From the IMG/VR virus record IMGVR_UViG_3300008262_002626, positions 1 to 64,000 of that record: a stretch of 64,000 nt of DNA; one strand, written 5' to 3'. The DNA is from a virus. Made by a program: the position numbers and the translations under genes. The notes beneath the pieces are model-generated. The model was not told the DNA's origin. It did not search any database and was given only the letters and a program-made list of their open reading frames with translations. Shown here piece after piece: positions 47,245 through 56,358 of this stretch; position 1 is the stretch's first letter, and each line of letters begins with the position of its first letter.

Positions 47245-48368
47245 TTCTTTTTTGCCCTTCCGGCTTTCATGTTAGCTAACCAATGTGCTAGTTGTCCTTT
47301 ACGTCCACCCTGCTTGGCAGTCTTACGTAGACTACTAATGCTAGCTTTAGTATTGATACCATGGCGTTTAGCATCTCCTTTGTCTTGTGGATTGCGTCCA
47401 TCTGCAAAGTTTTCATCTATGTCGTGTGTTGTTAGTCCTAGATCTTTTAGATACTTTAAGTATTCGTGTTCTAGTGGTTCACTGCCAAAAGCCATTACAG
47501 TCTGTGGAGGTCCTTTACCAAAATCATGTTTTCCTAGACCATCGAGATCGCTAATGTGCTGTCCTAACTTATACCAATCATATACATCGCTAACGTCGAT
47601 CTTTACAGTACCTTTAGGCCAAGGTATTAAATCACCCTCTTCTATACTTTCGCCACCTCCGTCTCCACCACCGCCATCTCCGCTGTAGCCTGAGTCATAC
47701 CCGTACCAACCATATGGGCCTGGGCCGTATGCTCCGAAACGATACTTAGTCTTTTTCTTACGCCGTTTAGCTTCTTCGATATTCTGTGTTACACCACCAG
47801 GGCCAACATAGATAGCACGGAAATCTACTTGAGGATATTCTTTTTGTAGTTCCTTAAATACACGCAGATTGCTCATGCTATCATCATACAAGCGAACATG
47901 TCCATATTGTTTAGTGTCGAGGTATTTACGAACCCATACCGCTTTCTTGTAAGCTGGAGATTCATCTCCAGGTAAGTTACCTGCACGATGCACGTGAACA
48001 CGGCTCATGTTTATGCCTAAATCTTTAAATGTCTGCAGAAACTCTTCTTTGTTGTCAAAGTCTGCACGGGCTGTCAGCATGATAACTTTGGCATTACCTG
48101 CATGATTAAGAATTGTTTTAAGTTTTCTAATCATCGGAACGATCGGCTTGCTTTCTTGGCGGAACTTTTCTGCATCTCTAAATTCGCCAAAGTCAAACTT
48201 TTCACCCGGTTGTAGTTGGTAGTTATTAAACTCTTGGTTAGTTAAATCACGTATGACCTGCCCTTGTGCATTTAAAACTTTAATCTTTGCTGTCGTGTGA
48301 AGTAATGTATCATCTATATCAAAGATGATTAGATCTCGATTACCGGGAGTAAATTCATTCGCTCTCAT
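47241..48368 (-). CDS. HAD-family phosphatase with appended modules
   Basis: FDIDDTL, MLTAR, K, LYDDS; start MRANEF. Confidence 0.75.
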   Translation of the reverse strand: MRANEFTPGNRDLIIFDIDDTLLHTTAKIKVLNAQGQVIRDLTNQEFNNYQLQPGEKFDFGEFRDAEKFRQESKPIVPMIRKLKTILNHAGNAKVIMLTARADFDNKEEFLQTFKDLGINMSRVHVHRAGNLPGDESPAYKKAVWVRKYLDTKQYGHVRLYDDSMSNLRVFKELQKEYPQVDFRAIYVGPGGVTQNIEEAKRRKKKTKYRFGAYGPGPYGWYGYDSGYSGDGGGGDGGGESIEEGDLIPWPKGTVKIDVSDVYDWYKLGQHISDLDGLGKHDFGKGPPQTVMAFGSEPLEHEYLKYLKDLGLTTHDIDENFADGRNPQDKGDAKRHGINTKASISSLRKTAKQGGRKGQLAHWLANMKAGRAKKK

Positions 48369-48486
48369 AAGGTATTCCACCTAAGCCGCAACCAAAGCGG
48401 GCTATTGCCTCATACAGGGCTGTAAGGATTTCTTGGAAGGTCATAGCCGTCGTCCTCTGGATAAACTGGATAATCGTTTGGGTTCA

Positions 48487-48933
48487 TTAGTTACACCAAC
48501 TTTGTTTTGCATCACCATAGTATTCACGAGCAAAGCCGTTAGCAATTAAAGCTGAACGTAGGCTCTGTCCGTTGACTAAAATGTCCCCGAGAACACGACC
48601 ACCAAATTTGTCCCATCCGTAGAGTGTAGCTTGAAATTTACCACCGCTGGCTGCGGCTTGGGCGATTGCATTTTTAGTAAAAGCAGATGCGGCTTCTCCT
48701 CGCTGTGCTTCGCTAGGGCATTGTGCTCTGTGTCCTTTTTCTGGAGTGTCAACTCCGTAAACTCTGACAGCAAGTTCTGGCTTAAGAGGTGCTGGTAAAA
48801 AGGGGGCGGCGATCACAACTGTATCGCCATCGCTCACTCGTAGAATTTGTGCGTCATATGTAACACCTTTGGGTGCTTTTTGTGCTAGGGCTAGTGTTGG
48901 AACTAGTAATAATAAAGCCAGTAACTTTTTCAT
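48487..48933 (-). CDS. Secreted thermonuclease (SNase-like)
   Basis: Signal peptide; VSDGDT, RVYGVDTPE, DKFGGRVLG. Confidence 0.9.
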   Translation of the reverse strand: MKKLLALLLLVPTLALAQKAPKGVTYDAQILRVSDGDTVVIAAPFLPAPLKPELAVRVYGVDTPEKGHRAQCPSEAQRGEAASAFTKNAIAQAAASGGKFQATLYGWDKFGGRVLGDILVNGQSLRSALIANGFAREYYGDAKQSWCN

Positions 48934-48964
48934 AGAATACTCCGTAATATTTACAGAGTATTTA

Positions 48965-49399
48965 TTAGATATAATTGTTGAACCAACCTACTTTACGTCC
49001 TTCTGCGATACGACGATCGTGTTCTTCTACACTACTAGGATAACGCCAAGCCCATACTGCAACACAGGCCATAAAGACTGCTGTACTGATTATACCAATA
49101 GGCTTTACTCCGCCTGTGTACATAAGCACAAGACTTAAACTCATCATGGCCAGCATGAAATATTTCATTTTCTGGGGGAATACACGCTTTTCATTCCAGT
49201 TGGTTAGGAACGGCCCAAATAGTTTATGATTGTACAGCCAGGCATGCATCTTGGGTGAGCCTTTGGCAAAACAATAGGCGGCAAAAACCACAAAGGGACT
49301 GTAGGGTATGCCGGGTGTTACCACGCCGACATACGCCATACCTAGGCTACAAAAGCCTAGTATCTTCCAAAACCACTTTTTTAAATGAACTGTAACCAT
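48965..49399 (-). CDS. YbaN/DUF454 inner-membrane protein
   Basis: GVVTPGIPYSPF...AYCFAKGS....WL..HKLFGP. Confidence 0.85.
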   Translation of the reverse strand: MVTVHLKKWFWKILGFCSLGMAYVGVVTPGIPYSPFVVFAAYCFAKGSPKMHAWLYNHKLFGPFLTNWNEKRVFPQKMKYFMLAMMSLSLVLMYTGGVKPIGIISTAVFMACVAVWAWRYPSSVEEHDRRIAEGRKVGWFNNYI

Positions 49400-49893
49400 T
49401 CGTCAAACCTCACGTTGAAGCCTTGCTTCTTACGCTTATTTACAAGTTCAAAGTAGTCTGGCTTGTAAGGTTTGATTTTAGGCTTGTGGGTGTGGGTCTT
49501 GTCTGCCTTATCAGCATTACATGGGCCACATGCAGTCACACAGTTTTCCCAGACGGTTTTACCACCCTTTGAAATAGGGTGTACATGGTCTAGGGTAGAT
49601 TCTTTACGTTCTACTCCTGTACCGCAGTATTGGCAAGTTCCTTCGTCGCGTAGGTACACATTGCCGCGACTGAAGCGGACAGCATTTTTTGGCTTCATGT
49701 AGTCTCTAAGCATGATAACGCTAGGAACAGGTGTTTCCCAACGTGCAGATCTCACGATCCAATTGTCATGCCAAGACAGTACATCGGCCTTATCAAGGAC
49801 CATGTATTTGATGGCTTCTTGCCAATCAATAGTGCTCAACGGTAGGTAGCTGACTGGTAATCCGTCAGCATTCAGAACTAGGGTGTCTGACAT
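49381..49893 (-). CDS. HNH endonuclease
   Basis: RD...CQYCG, TLDHVHP...GG...WENCVTACGPCN..K. Confidence 0.92.
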   Translation of the reverse strand: MSDTLVLNADGLPVSYLPLSTIDWQEAIKYMVLDKADVLSWHDNWIVRSARWETPVPSVIMLRDYMKPKNAVRFSRGNVYLRDEGTCQYCGTGVERKESTLDHVHPISKGGKTVWENCVTACGPCNADKADKTHTHKPKIKPYKPDYFELVNKRKKQGFNVRFDEWLQFI

Positions 49894-49940
49894 TTTACTT
49901 CCTTCTTAGTTGTGTTACAGACCCAACCGAACGAGCTTAA

Positions 49941-49969
49941 ATTATAAGCTCATATTGTACTTATGTCAA
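49941..49969 (-). promoter_or_regulatory. Perfect-consensus sigma70 promoter for the HNH gene
   Basis: TTGACA-17 nt-TATAAT. Confidence 0.85.
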
Positions 49970-49974
49970 CTCTT

Positions 49975-50526
49975 TTATGCTAGTATTTTTTGGGCGAATT
50001 CTAATCCGGAACGGTCAAGGGCGTTGCACCATTGATCCTTATTGTCCGATCCGAAAACCAATTCTTCGTCTGCACTAGCCAAGCACCAACTAGTTTCTTT
50101 ATTCCAGGGCGGATCACCTTTGATTTCGCCTGCCAGTTGCCCATGCGCCCAACCACACATACCGAGAAACATACGCCAACGTTCGGGCTCATCTCCGTTA
50201 GCAATTCTAGGTAATATATCATCAGCAGAGCTTATGCTGAAGTGATCGTTAACACGCATGGTATTTTTACATTCCCAATCGCTGGTGTGTAATAGGCTTA
50301 GACTTTTTACGTTAACCGGGCCACCTAGATAAATGAATCCCGGACGATCTAGTGGAAATCCTAATTGGTCTCCAAACTCTTTTACGCTCATCTGGCTACG
50401 TTTGTTTAGTACTAAACCGACACTACCATGATTATGGTTTTCAGTAATCATAACTACTGTCTTGTACCAGAAGCTGCCTTTGACCGCAGGCGGCGCGATG
50501 ATAAGATTTCCAACTAATGTGTTCAT
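49975..50526 (-). CDS. YqgE/AlgH (DUF179) family protein
   Basis: LIIAPP, GSVGLVLNK, YLGGPV, GMCGW..GQL..E; start MNTL. Confidence 0.88.
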   Translation of the reverse strand: MNTLVGNLIIAPPAVKGSFWYKTVVMITENHNHGSVGLVLNKRSQMSVKEFGDQLGFPLDRPGFIYLGGPVNVKSLSLLHTSDWECKNTMRVNDHFSISSADDILPRIANGDEPERWRMFLGMCGWAHGQLAGEIKGDPPWNKETSWCLASADEELVFGSDNKDQWCNALDRSGLEFAQKILA

Positions 50527-50539
50527 GCAATATTTACAT

Positions 50540-51949
50540 TTATGCGCGAGCTTGGATCGCTCTTCTGACATCGCCTGCTGTGAGTATTCCATCCTTGGTA
50601 ACATCTAACCCGTCGTTCCAGTCGTAGACTGCACTTCCTCTTTTAGCAATGACGTAACTGTTAGGTTTTCCTACACCTGCAGGCCAGAACACTGAAAGAT
50701 AAAGATCGCCTAACTTCATTCCTGGTTGTACACCTCGCATGACAAAATACTTGTAGACATAATCTAGCTGTTCAACTGCTGACATTTTCTTTAGTTCATC
50801 AACTGTTGTCCCAAGAGATCGTGCTGTGTCTGGCATAAACTGAATTAATCCAGTAGCCTTAGACTTTTTGTTTTGTATTGTATGATCAAGGCCAGATTCT
50901 AACCTCATGATAGCAATTAGATCTGATTTAGCTACTCCTAACTTATCGGCAATCTTTTGTAGTTTGTTATTAAAGTCTGGATCCTGTATTGTTGTAGTGT
51001 CAATCTTACGTTTCTCAAACGATCCTCTAGCTGGTTTAACTTCTGCATCTGTACTCTTAGTTAGGCCTTTGAATAGCTCAGGTTTAGATTTGATTATTGC
51101 ATTTAACTTCGCGACAGTTTCTGGTCCTGGATCTCCGTCAACACTAAGTCCATTGTCTCGTTGGAACAGCATTACTGCCGCAGATGTTTCTCTTCCTCTA
51201 ATACCGTCGACGCCGTGTGTTGGTAACTTATAGCCTAGAGCCAATAATGCTTTTTGTACGTCTGCTACTGCTGGCTCTCGTCGAGTCTTAGGAACATCAA
51301 TTATAAACGATCCAGGTGTGGTGGGCTGTACAGGCTTACCGCTTTGATCCGGCTTTGCTGGTGTTGTGCTAGCGGACCTACCTGCTAATGATATAGCTTC
51401 TTGGGCCGCGGATTTGTAAGCCCCTGGAGTGCCATGTATTCCATCTGAAGAAAGACCTTTGCCATCTAGGTCAACAACAGGAACACCTACAGCAGATTTA
51501 ATTGCCTGTCTAACTTCTTCTTGGTAATCACCTGAATAATACTTGGCCAATCCTGGAGCTCTCGCCTGGCCGTTTGGAAATAAAATAAACACTACAGTAT
51601 GTCCTGCAGCCTTGGCAGCATCAACTACTCGTCTTACGTTGCTGGCAATCGTAGCTGGGGGTACTAAGGGTCTTTTACCTTTAGAATCCATATGTGCTCT
51701 TGCACTGTTAGCAGTATCGTTGGCACCTTGGCTAATTAAAACTATTTGATTTTTTGGAATAGTTTCAATACCTACTGGGCCACCGTTCTTTGTATGGCGC
51801 CCATTAAAATTATTTTGGTGTGTCGATGGAACTCCACCGTTGGCTCTATTAATAACACCTTTCTGATAGGCCAATCCTTCAGCATGACTATCGCCTACTG
51901 AATAGACTTTTCTTTCTTCTTCAAATAGTTTAAATTCTGCGTATCTCAT
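50540..51949 (-). CDS. SGNH esterase, peptidoglycan-binding domain and lytic transglycosylase fusion
   Basis: GDSH/GAND/DGIH; VDGIRG.ET..AV..FQ...GL.VDG..G.ET; ESG...ATGLIQFMPDTA. Confidence 0.85.
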   Translation of the reverse strand: MRYAEFKLFEEERKVYSVGDSHAEGLAYQKGVINRANGGVPSTHQNNFNGRHTKNGGPVGIETIPKNQIVLISQGANDTANSARAHMDSKGKRPLVPPATIASNVRRVVDAAKAAGHTVVFILFPNGQARAPGLAKYYSGDYQEEVRQAIKSAVGVPVVDLDGKGLSSDGIHGTPGAYKSAAQEAISLAGRSASTTPAKPDQSGKPVQPTTPGSFIIDVPKTRREPAVADVQKALLALGYKLPTHGVDGIRGRETSAAVMLFQRDNGLSVDGDPGPETVAKLNAIIKSKPELFKGLTKSTDAEVKPARGSFEKRKIDTTTIQDPDFNNKLQKIADKLGVAKSDLIAIMRLESGLDHTIQNKKSKATGLIQFMPDTARSLGTTVDELKKMSAVEQLDYVYKYFVMRGVQPGMKLGDLYLSVFWPAGVGKPNSYVIAKRGSAVYDWNDGLDVTKDGILTAGDVRRAIQARA

Positions 51950-51950
51950 A

Positions 51951-52553
51951 TTATTCTGCTATTGGGTTAACTTGTTGACCGCTTGCATATTTTTCCCAAT
52001 GCAAGTGAGGGCCTGAACTAAAACCAGTGCTGCCAACTGCACCTACTGTTTGTCCTTTTTTCACTTCATCACCTTGTCTTACTGATATCTTTGATAGATG
52101 CATAAATCTATGTTTCACGCCGCTGGCTGTAATTAGTTCGACTAGATTGCCTGCTGAGCCTGCCATACCAGCAAATTGTATCTTGCCATCATCAGGTGCG
52201 ATAACTGGAGTTCCTGTAGGTGCTCCGATATCAACACCCGGGTGTTTAACTTTATTTCCTTTAGGGCCAGTTACAGTTCTACCATAGTGTCCTGTGATCG
52301 TGCCCTTGGTTGGCATGATTTCACCTGAGGAAGTTGTTGGAGATCTAGGTTGTGTGTTTGTTCTGGGAGCAGGTGCTGAGCCTGGCGACTGTCCGCTTAG
52401 ATATTTGTCTACAGCGGCCTTAGTGTAAGGTCCCATTATTCCGTCATCTTTAGTAGGACCTAGATCATAACCTTTGGATATCAAATATCGTTGCATTTGT
52501 TTCACGATTGGACTAAAAACACCTTCGAGTAATTTAAATTCTGAGTAACGCAT
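51951..52553 (-). CDS. Peptidoglycan-binding domain plus M23 peptidase
   Basis: DGIMGPYT; HPGVD, HLS, GSTGFSSGPHLHWE. Confidence 0.9.
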   Translation of the reverse strand: MRYSEFKLLEGVFSPIVKQMQRYLISKGYDLGPTKDDGIMGPYTKAAVDKYLSGQSPGSAPAPRTNTQPRSPTTSSGEIMPTKGTITGHYGRTVTGPKGNKVKHPGVDIGAPTGTPVIAPDDGKIQFAGMAGSAGNLVELITASGVKHRFMHLSKISVRQGDEVKKGQTVGAVGSTGFSSGPHLHWEKYASGQQVNPIAE

Positions 52554-52555
52554 CG

Positions 52556-52897
52556 TTAACTCCAATCGGGCAAAGGCCCGCCGTACTTGTGGCCTTTGAT
52601 CTTATGTCCGCCTACCTTAACACGGCTCTTGGGACTTTTACCAAGTTTATGACTCTTTTCGCCATCACGAGCACGTAGACCTTGACTCTTACAGCTGGAC
52701 AGTTGGCTAGCACCTAATTCGTCGTCGGGCTTAGAACTTAGGCATAGTTTACGACTAGCCTTTCCTGCTTCGTCTACATCAACTGATTTGTATTGAGGCA
52801 CTGGTTCGTGCCCGCGGCTAGGACGGCTACCAGATCTTGCTGGGCGTTTAGGGTTTATACCTATAGGGTCTTCGACTATAAATTCTTTTGCTCGCAT
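52556..52897 (-). CDS. Basic late protein with capsid-targeting-like N-terminus
   Basis: MRAKEFIVE, 7 nt after TAAATA. Confidence 0.7.
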   Translation of the reverse strand: MRAKEFIVEDPIGINPKRPARSGSRPSRGHEPVPQYKSVDVDEAGKASRKLCLSSKPDDELGASQLSSCKSQGLRARDGEKSHKLGKSPKSRVKVGGHKIKGHKYGGPLPDWS

Positions 52898-52916
52898 AGT
52901 TATGTATTTATTGTTC

Positions 52917-53735
52917 TTACTGTGCTAAGAACTCAAATACATTTAGCCATTTACGTTTGCCTATAGTTGCTTTAAGATTAGTTAAATCTGCCTTAGTTGT
53001 GTGTCTAAAGCGGGTTTTTTCGATATCAGGCATGGGTACAAATTCTAAAGGTACACCTTCTTGCTCTGCTATCTCTTCAGCAATATCTAAGAAACTGTGG
53101 GTAAGCCCGCTACCAACATTCCAAATTCCGGACCCATTAACTTGTTTAATGAAGTCAATGTGTAGACGACAAACATCACCAACCCAAGTCCAATCACGAC
53201 GAACATGTTCAGCGTTCTCCCATACTGTTATTTTACCCTCGTTGCGAGCCTGTGTACGCCACTTATGTATTGCGTTTGCCCTACGTCCTCTAAGATGCAT
53301 CCATTTTCCGTAAACATTAAAATAACGGAAACCCTGCACCATTACAGTAAGCCTTTGTTGAAACACCCAACGATCAAATAGATACTTGCTCCAAGCATAA
53401 GGAGTCTGTGGATGACAGGCAGAGTGTTCGCTAAAGTCTTTAGTATCGCCGTATACTGAACTCGAACTAGCATATTGTAGATGTGTACCATGTTTGTTGC
53501 ACTCGTTGAACAACCATTGACTAAACTCGTAGTTCTGTTTCATGACTAGATCTACATCTGTACAGGTCATGTCGGCAATAGCACCTAGGTGTATAACCCA
53601 ATCGTAGTGTTCTACTTCGGGTAAATTTATAGGGTCCCATTCCCAACCATCAACTTGCCAGCCTTCTTCTTGGTGGCACCAAGCCAGCATATTGCGGCCA
53701 ATAAAACCCTCATGGCCGGTTATTAGTATCTTCAT
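52917..53735 (-). CDS. NAD-dependent epimerase, ADP-L-glycero-D-manno-heptose 6-epimerase-like
   Basis: TGHEGFIG, HLGA, YASSSSVYG, YAWSK, FRYFNVYG. Confidence 0.85.
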   Translation of the reverse strand: MKILITGHEGFIGRNMLAWCHQEEGWQVDGWEWDPINLPEVEHYDWVIHLGAIADMTCTDVDLVMKQNYEFSQWLFNECNKHGTHLQYASSSSVYGDTKDFSEHSACHPQTPYAWSKYLFDRWVFQQRLTVMVQGFRYFNVYGKWMHLRGRRANAIHKWRTQARNEGKITVWENAEHVRRDWTWVGDVCRLHIDFIKQVNGSGIWNVGSGLTHSFLDIAEEIAEQEGVPLEFVPMPDIEKTRFRHTTKADLTNLKATIGKRKWLNVFEFLAQ

Positions 53736-53743
53736 ACTGCTAT

Positions 53744-54091
53744 TTAATTCGTAGGTAGCTCTTGTAAAAAATTATAATTTTCTACAATTAATTTTAATTT
53801 GAAATGTCTTTCTTTAATAAGATCTTCTACATATTTCTTAAGAGTCTTCATTGAAACATCTTCATTCAGCCACTCTGTTTTCCAGTCTTCTATTTGCCAG
53901 ATGTTATCAATATACTGTGTTTTGATTGTACGTTCAATGGCTTTGGCGTGAGCTCTAAGTCCACCGTACAGATGCATATTAACAATACCGCCCGCATGTG
54001 AGCAGTATTGTTTATTACGTTCTTTAGGATCCTGTGCAATGCCAAAGCCTGCACGGCCTCCTAACGATTCGATCAAATAGAAGTAATACAT
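53744..54091 (-). CDS. GIY-YIG/T5orf172-like small protein
   Basis: YFYLI...GFGI...P.ER..QY...IE. Confidence 0.5.
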   Translation of the reverse strand: MYYFYLIESLGGRAGFGIAQDPKERNKQYCSHAGGIVNMHLYGGLRAHAKAIERTIKTQYIDNIWQIEDWKTEWLNEDVSMKTLKKYVEDLIKERHFKLKLIVENYNFLQELPTN

Positions 54092-55221
54092 TAGTCAGCC
54101 ATGTCTAGCAAGTCTTGATCAAAGAATTCGATCAAACCATCAAACTGATCTAACAGGGTTGGAGCAATCTTTTCCTTGCCGCCGAAATGTTGATACAGCT
54201 GAACAAGGGCGCAAGCATAAGCGTCATCGTCCCAGTTGGCTTGATAGCCGTAACGCTTTGTAGTCCAACGACGATGTGCCTCTGTTACACTCTCTTGGAA
54301 CTGTGACAGATTACCAAACAGGTTCTGCACTAGAGCCGCAAGCTCTTCTAGGAACTTAGGTGTGAGTTTAATCTTTGCACTGTCAGACTGACGAATTAAA
54401 TCACGGAAGGCAAAAAACAAACTAACGTGAACATTTTCATAATGGAAGTATTTGTCATGCCATCCACAGGCAACACTAATTTCTTCTGTATTAAGAGTCT
54501 TAAATGTTGCGATGTTAGTAAAGGTGCCTGGATACTTGCTTAGGTCACTGTCTACTTCAACAGGGAAGCAATTATGCTTTTCTGCTGTAGCAACTTTCTT
54601 TTCAAGTTCAACATCGTCCTTATCACTCTTATCCTTGTCAATACGAATAGCAAAAACGCCATTACGGAGATCTTGATAAGCACTCTGTTTCTTTTTACCT
54701 TTGCCGTTAAGGATACCAAACGCCTTACGAGCATAAGCAAGGTTGTCCGTTTCTATATACATAAACGGATATTTAAATGTGCGCCAGTTAGTGTGTCCAG
54801 GGACTAGTCCTGCATCAATTAAGGCCGCAACGGTACTGACAGAATGTTGTGCGTCAATACTGATGAATTTGCCTTTGCTTGTTTTGATACAGATAACTGG
54901 CTGTAGTAGGGCAGGGTCAAAGACATCAGGATTAGCGATCGTTTTAGCACAATGCTTCTCGTCTAACTCGCGCTGAATATCCTCTTCGATATCTAGCACA
55001 ACTAATTCTTCATTAGTGATTTTTGGAAAACGAGTCATGTCAAAAGTTTTATTTTGGGCCAGCCATGCCTTGATGGTCTTTTTCCAAACTGCACTCTTGT
55101 TTAGTTTATCAACTCGATCCTGTAGGTTAACAACCTTAGCAGATCCACGTTTGAGTGGATTGATTTTAACCATCGGATTTGGTTTACGAACTACATCTTC
55201 GTATTTGAGTTTAAATGCCAT
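54091..55221 (-). CDS. ParB/DGQHR-like domain protein
   Basis: IQRELD...FDP.LLQP...SIDAQH; F..LNG.G.K. Confidence 0.5.
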   Translation of the reverse strand: MAFKLKYEDVVRKPNPMVKINPLKRGSAKVVNLQDRVDKLNKSAVWKKTIKAWLAQNKTFDMTRFPKITNEELVVLDIEEDIQRELDEKHCAKTIANPDVFDPALLQPVICIKTSKGKFISIDAQHSVSTVAALIDAGLVPGHTNWRTFKYPFMYIETDNLAYARKAFGILNGKGKKKQSAYQDLRNGVFAIRIDKDKSDKDDVELEKKVATAEKHNCFPVEVDSDLSKYPGTFTNIATFKTLNTEEISVACGWHDKYFHYENVHVSLFFAFRDLIRQSDSAKIKLTPKFLEELAALVQNLFGNLSQFQESVTEAHRRWTTKRYGYQANWDDDAYACALVQLYQHFGGKEKIAPTLLDQFDGLIEFFDQDLLDMAD

Positions 55222-55250
55222 TGTGTGCCTTTCTGTGTTTATGTGCCTTT

Positions 55251-55279
55251 ATTATATTCTCGTTTATGCAAACTGTCAA
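55251..55279 (-). promoter_or_regulatory. Perfect-consensus sigma70 promoter
   Basis: TTGACA-17 nt-TATAAT; leader has two AAAGGCACA repeats. Confidence 0.8.
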
Positions 55280-55548
55280 AAACTATTCCGATTATAGACA
55301 ACTGGCATCTCACAAACATACTGCCTATTAACAGTATGTTTAATAAGATTACAGTCTCCGCCTGTGACTGCAGAACCTGCATGGTCACCTATGCCTTTAC
55401 CCGTTACGGCGTATGAACCTATACTAGCCGCAGTATAAACAGCACAACCGTTTAACGAGATTCCGGCAATGGCGAGAATCGCGATAAGAAGGCTTCTTGT
55501 CTGCATGAGTATTCTTGTAGAGTCTTGATATTGAAGTATTCTACCCAA
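55276..55548 (-). CDS. Small lipoprotein (true start likely downstream)
   Basis: LNGC lipobox-like. Confidence 0.5.
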   Translation of the reverse strand: MGRILQYQDSTRILMQTRSLLIAILAIAGISLNGCAVYTAASIGSYAVTGKGIGDHAGSAVTGGDCNLIKHTVNRQYVCEMPVVYNRNSF

Positions 55549-55634
55549 GGGTCGTTTTCTTCACTTTTATTGAATACGGCTTTGATCTTAAATATCGTGC
55601 CATTGCCGCCGCTGTATAAATCGTTTAACTTCAC
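55452..55634 (-). CDS. Small hypothetical protein
   Basis: ATGA coupling. Confidence 0.6.
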   Translation of the reverse strand: MKLNDLYSGGNGTIFKIKAVFNKSEENDPWVEYFNIKTLQEYSCRQEAFLSRFSPLPESR

Positions 55635-55921
55635 ATTAGCATCCTTATTAATCCAATGGTATCAATAGTAGTCAGCAAGAGGTAGTTAGCCAACATGCCA
55701 AATGATTTCCTAGTATAACTAGCCCAGCCATACATAGCACAGCCAAAGATCCAGATAGGATATAGGACAAGTAAGGGAGGATTGGGAACTGTAAGAGCCA
55801 TCGTAATGCTACATCCAATCGATATCGCCCAAGCCAGTACCTCAACAACGAAACGAAACGGATTTGATTGCCAGTCATCTTTTATCCATTCTAGTGTAGG
55901 TTTAAAAAAAGTATCTATCAT
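55631..55921 (-). CDS. Small 3-TM membrane protein
   Basis: Start MIDT 6 nt after a sigma70 -10 box. Confidence 0.7.
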   Translation of the reverse strand: MIDTFFKPTLEWIKDDWQSNPFRFVVEVLAWAISIGCSITMALTVPNPPLLVLYPIWIFGCAMYGWASYTRKSFGMLANYLLLTTIDTIGLIRMLM

Positions 55922-55927
55922 AAGTTT

Positions 55928-55956
55928 ATTATATAACATCTTAACTAAAATGTCAA
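55928..55956 (-). promoter_or_regulatory. Perfect-consensus sigma70 promoter, leaderless transcript
   Basis: TTGACA-17 nt-TATAAT. Confidence 0.8.
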
Positions 55957-55967
55957 GACATAAAATG

Positions 55968-55992
55968 AAAAAGCCCACCGAAGTGGGCTTTT
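55968..55992 (-). terminator. Intrinsic (likely bidirectional) terminator
   Basis: AAAAAGCCCAC-CGAA-GTGGGCTTTT. Confidence 0.85.
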
Positions 55993-56015
55993 GGATAGGC
56001 CTATCCTCTGATTAA

Positions 56016-56288
56016 TTAGAGGGTGATACCCATTGCCTTAGCCTTGTAGCCAAGTGCAACGATTTCACGTGATGGCTTACCCATAACATACTCAGTTACT
56101 GTAACGCCATTACCTGCTGTACGGCTATTAGCATAGACAGCATAACCGTTTGAACGGATGCGGCTTGCTTCAGCGGCTAGGTTCTTTACACCAAAACGCT
56201 TAGAAGCCTGAGCGGCTGTTAGTGCTTCGCCATTGTAAAGTGCGTTAAAAACTTTGTATGTCTTTGTCTCTGGGTTAAAAAATTTCAT
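56016..56288 (-). CDS. Winged-helix DNA-binding protein
   Basis: GEALTAAQASKRFGVKNLAAEASRIRSNGY. Confidence 0.7.
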   Translation of the reverse strand: MKFFNPETKTYKVFNALYNGEALTAAQASKRFGVKNLAAEASRIRSNGYAVYANSRTAGNGVTVTEYVMGKPSREIVALGYKAKAMGITL

Positions 56289-56358
56289 ATCATTTCCTCT
56301 TTTAGATTATGCTGTAATTAAACAGCTAGTATTAGTTTATAATAATCTGTAATCTAAA

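Noticed and set aside
49381-49893. Intron-encoded homing endonuclease
   Set aside because: Free-standing with its own promoter; flanking genes are intact and unrelated
49894-49940. Glutamine (glnA) riboswitch before the HNH gene
   Set aside because: CGTTC...GGAAGTA resembles it, but the closing P3/P1 strand is missing and GGAAG is simply the SD
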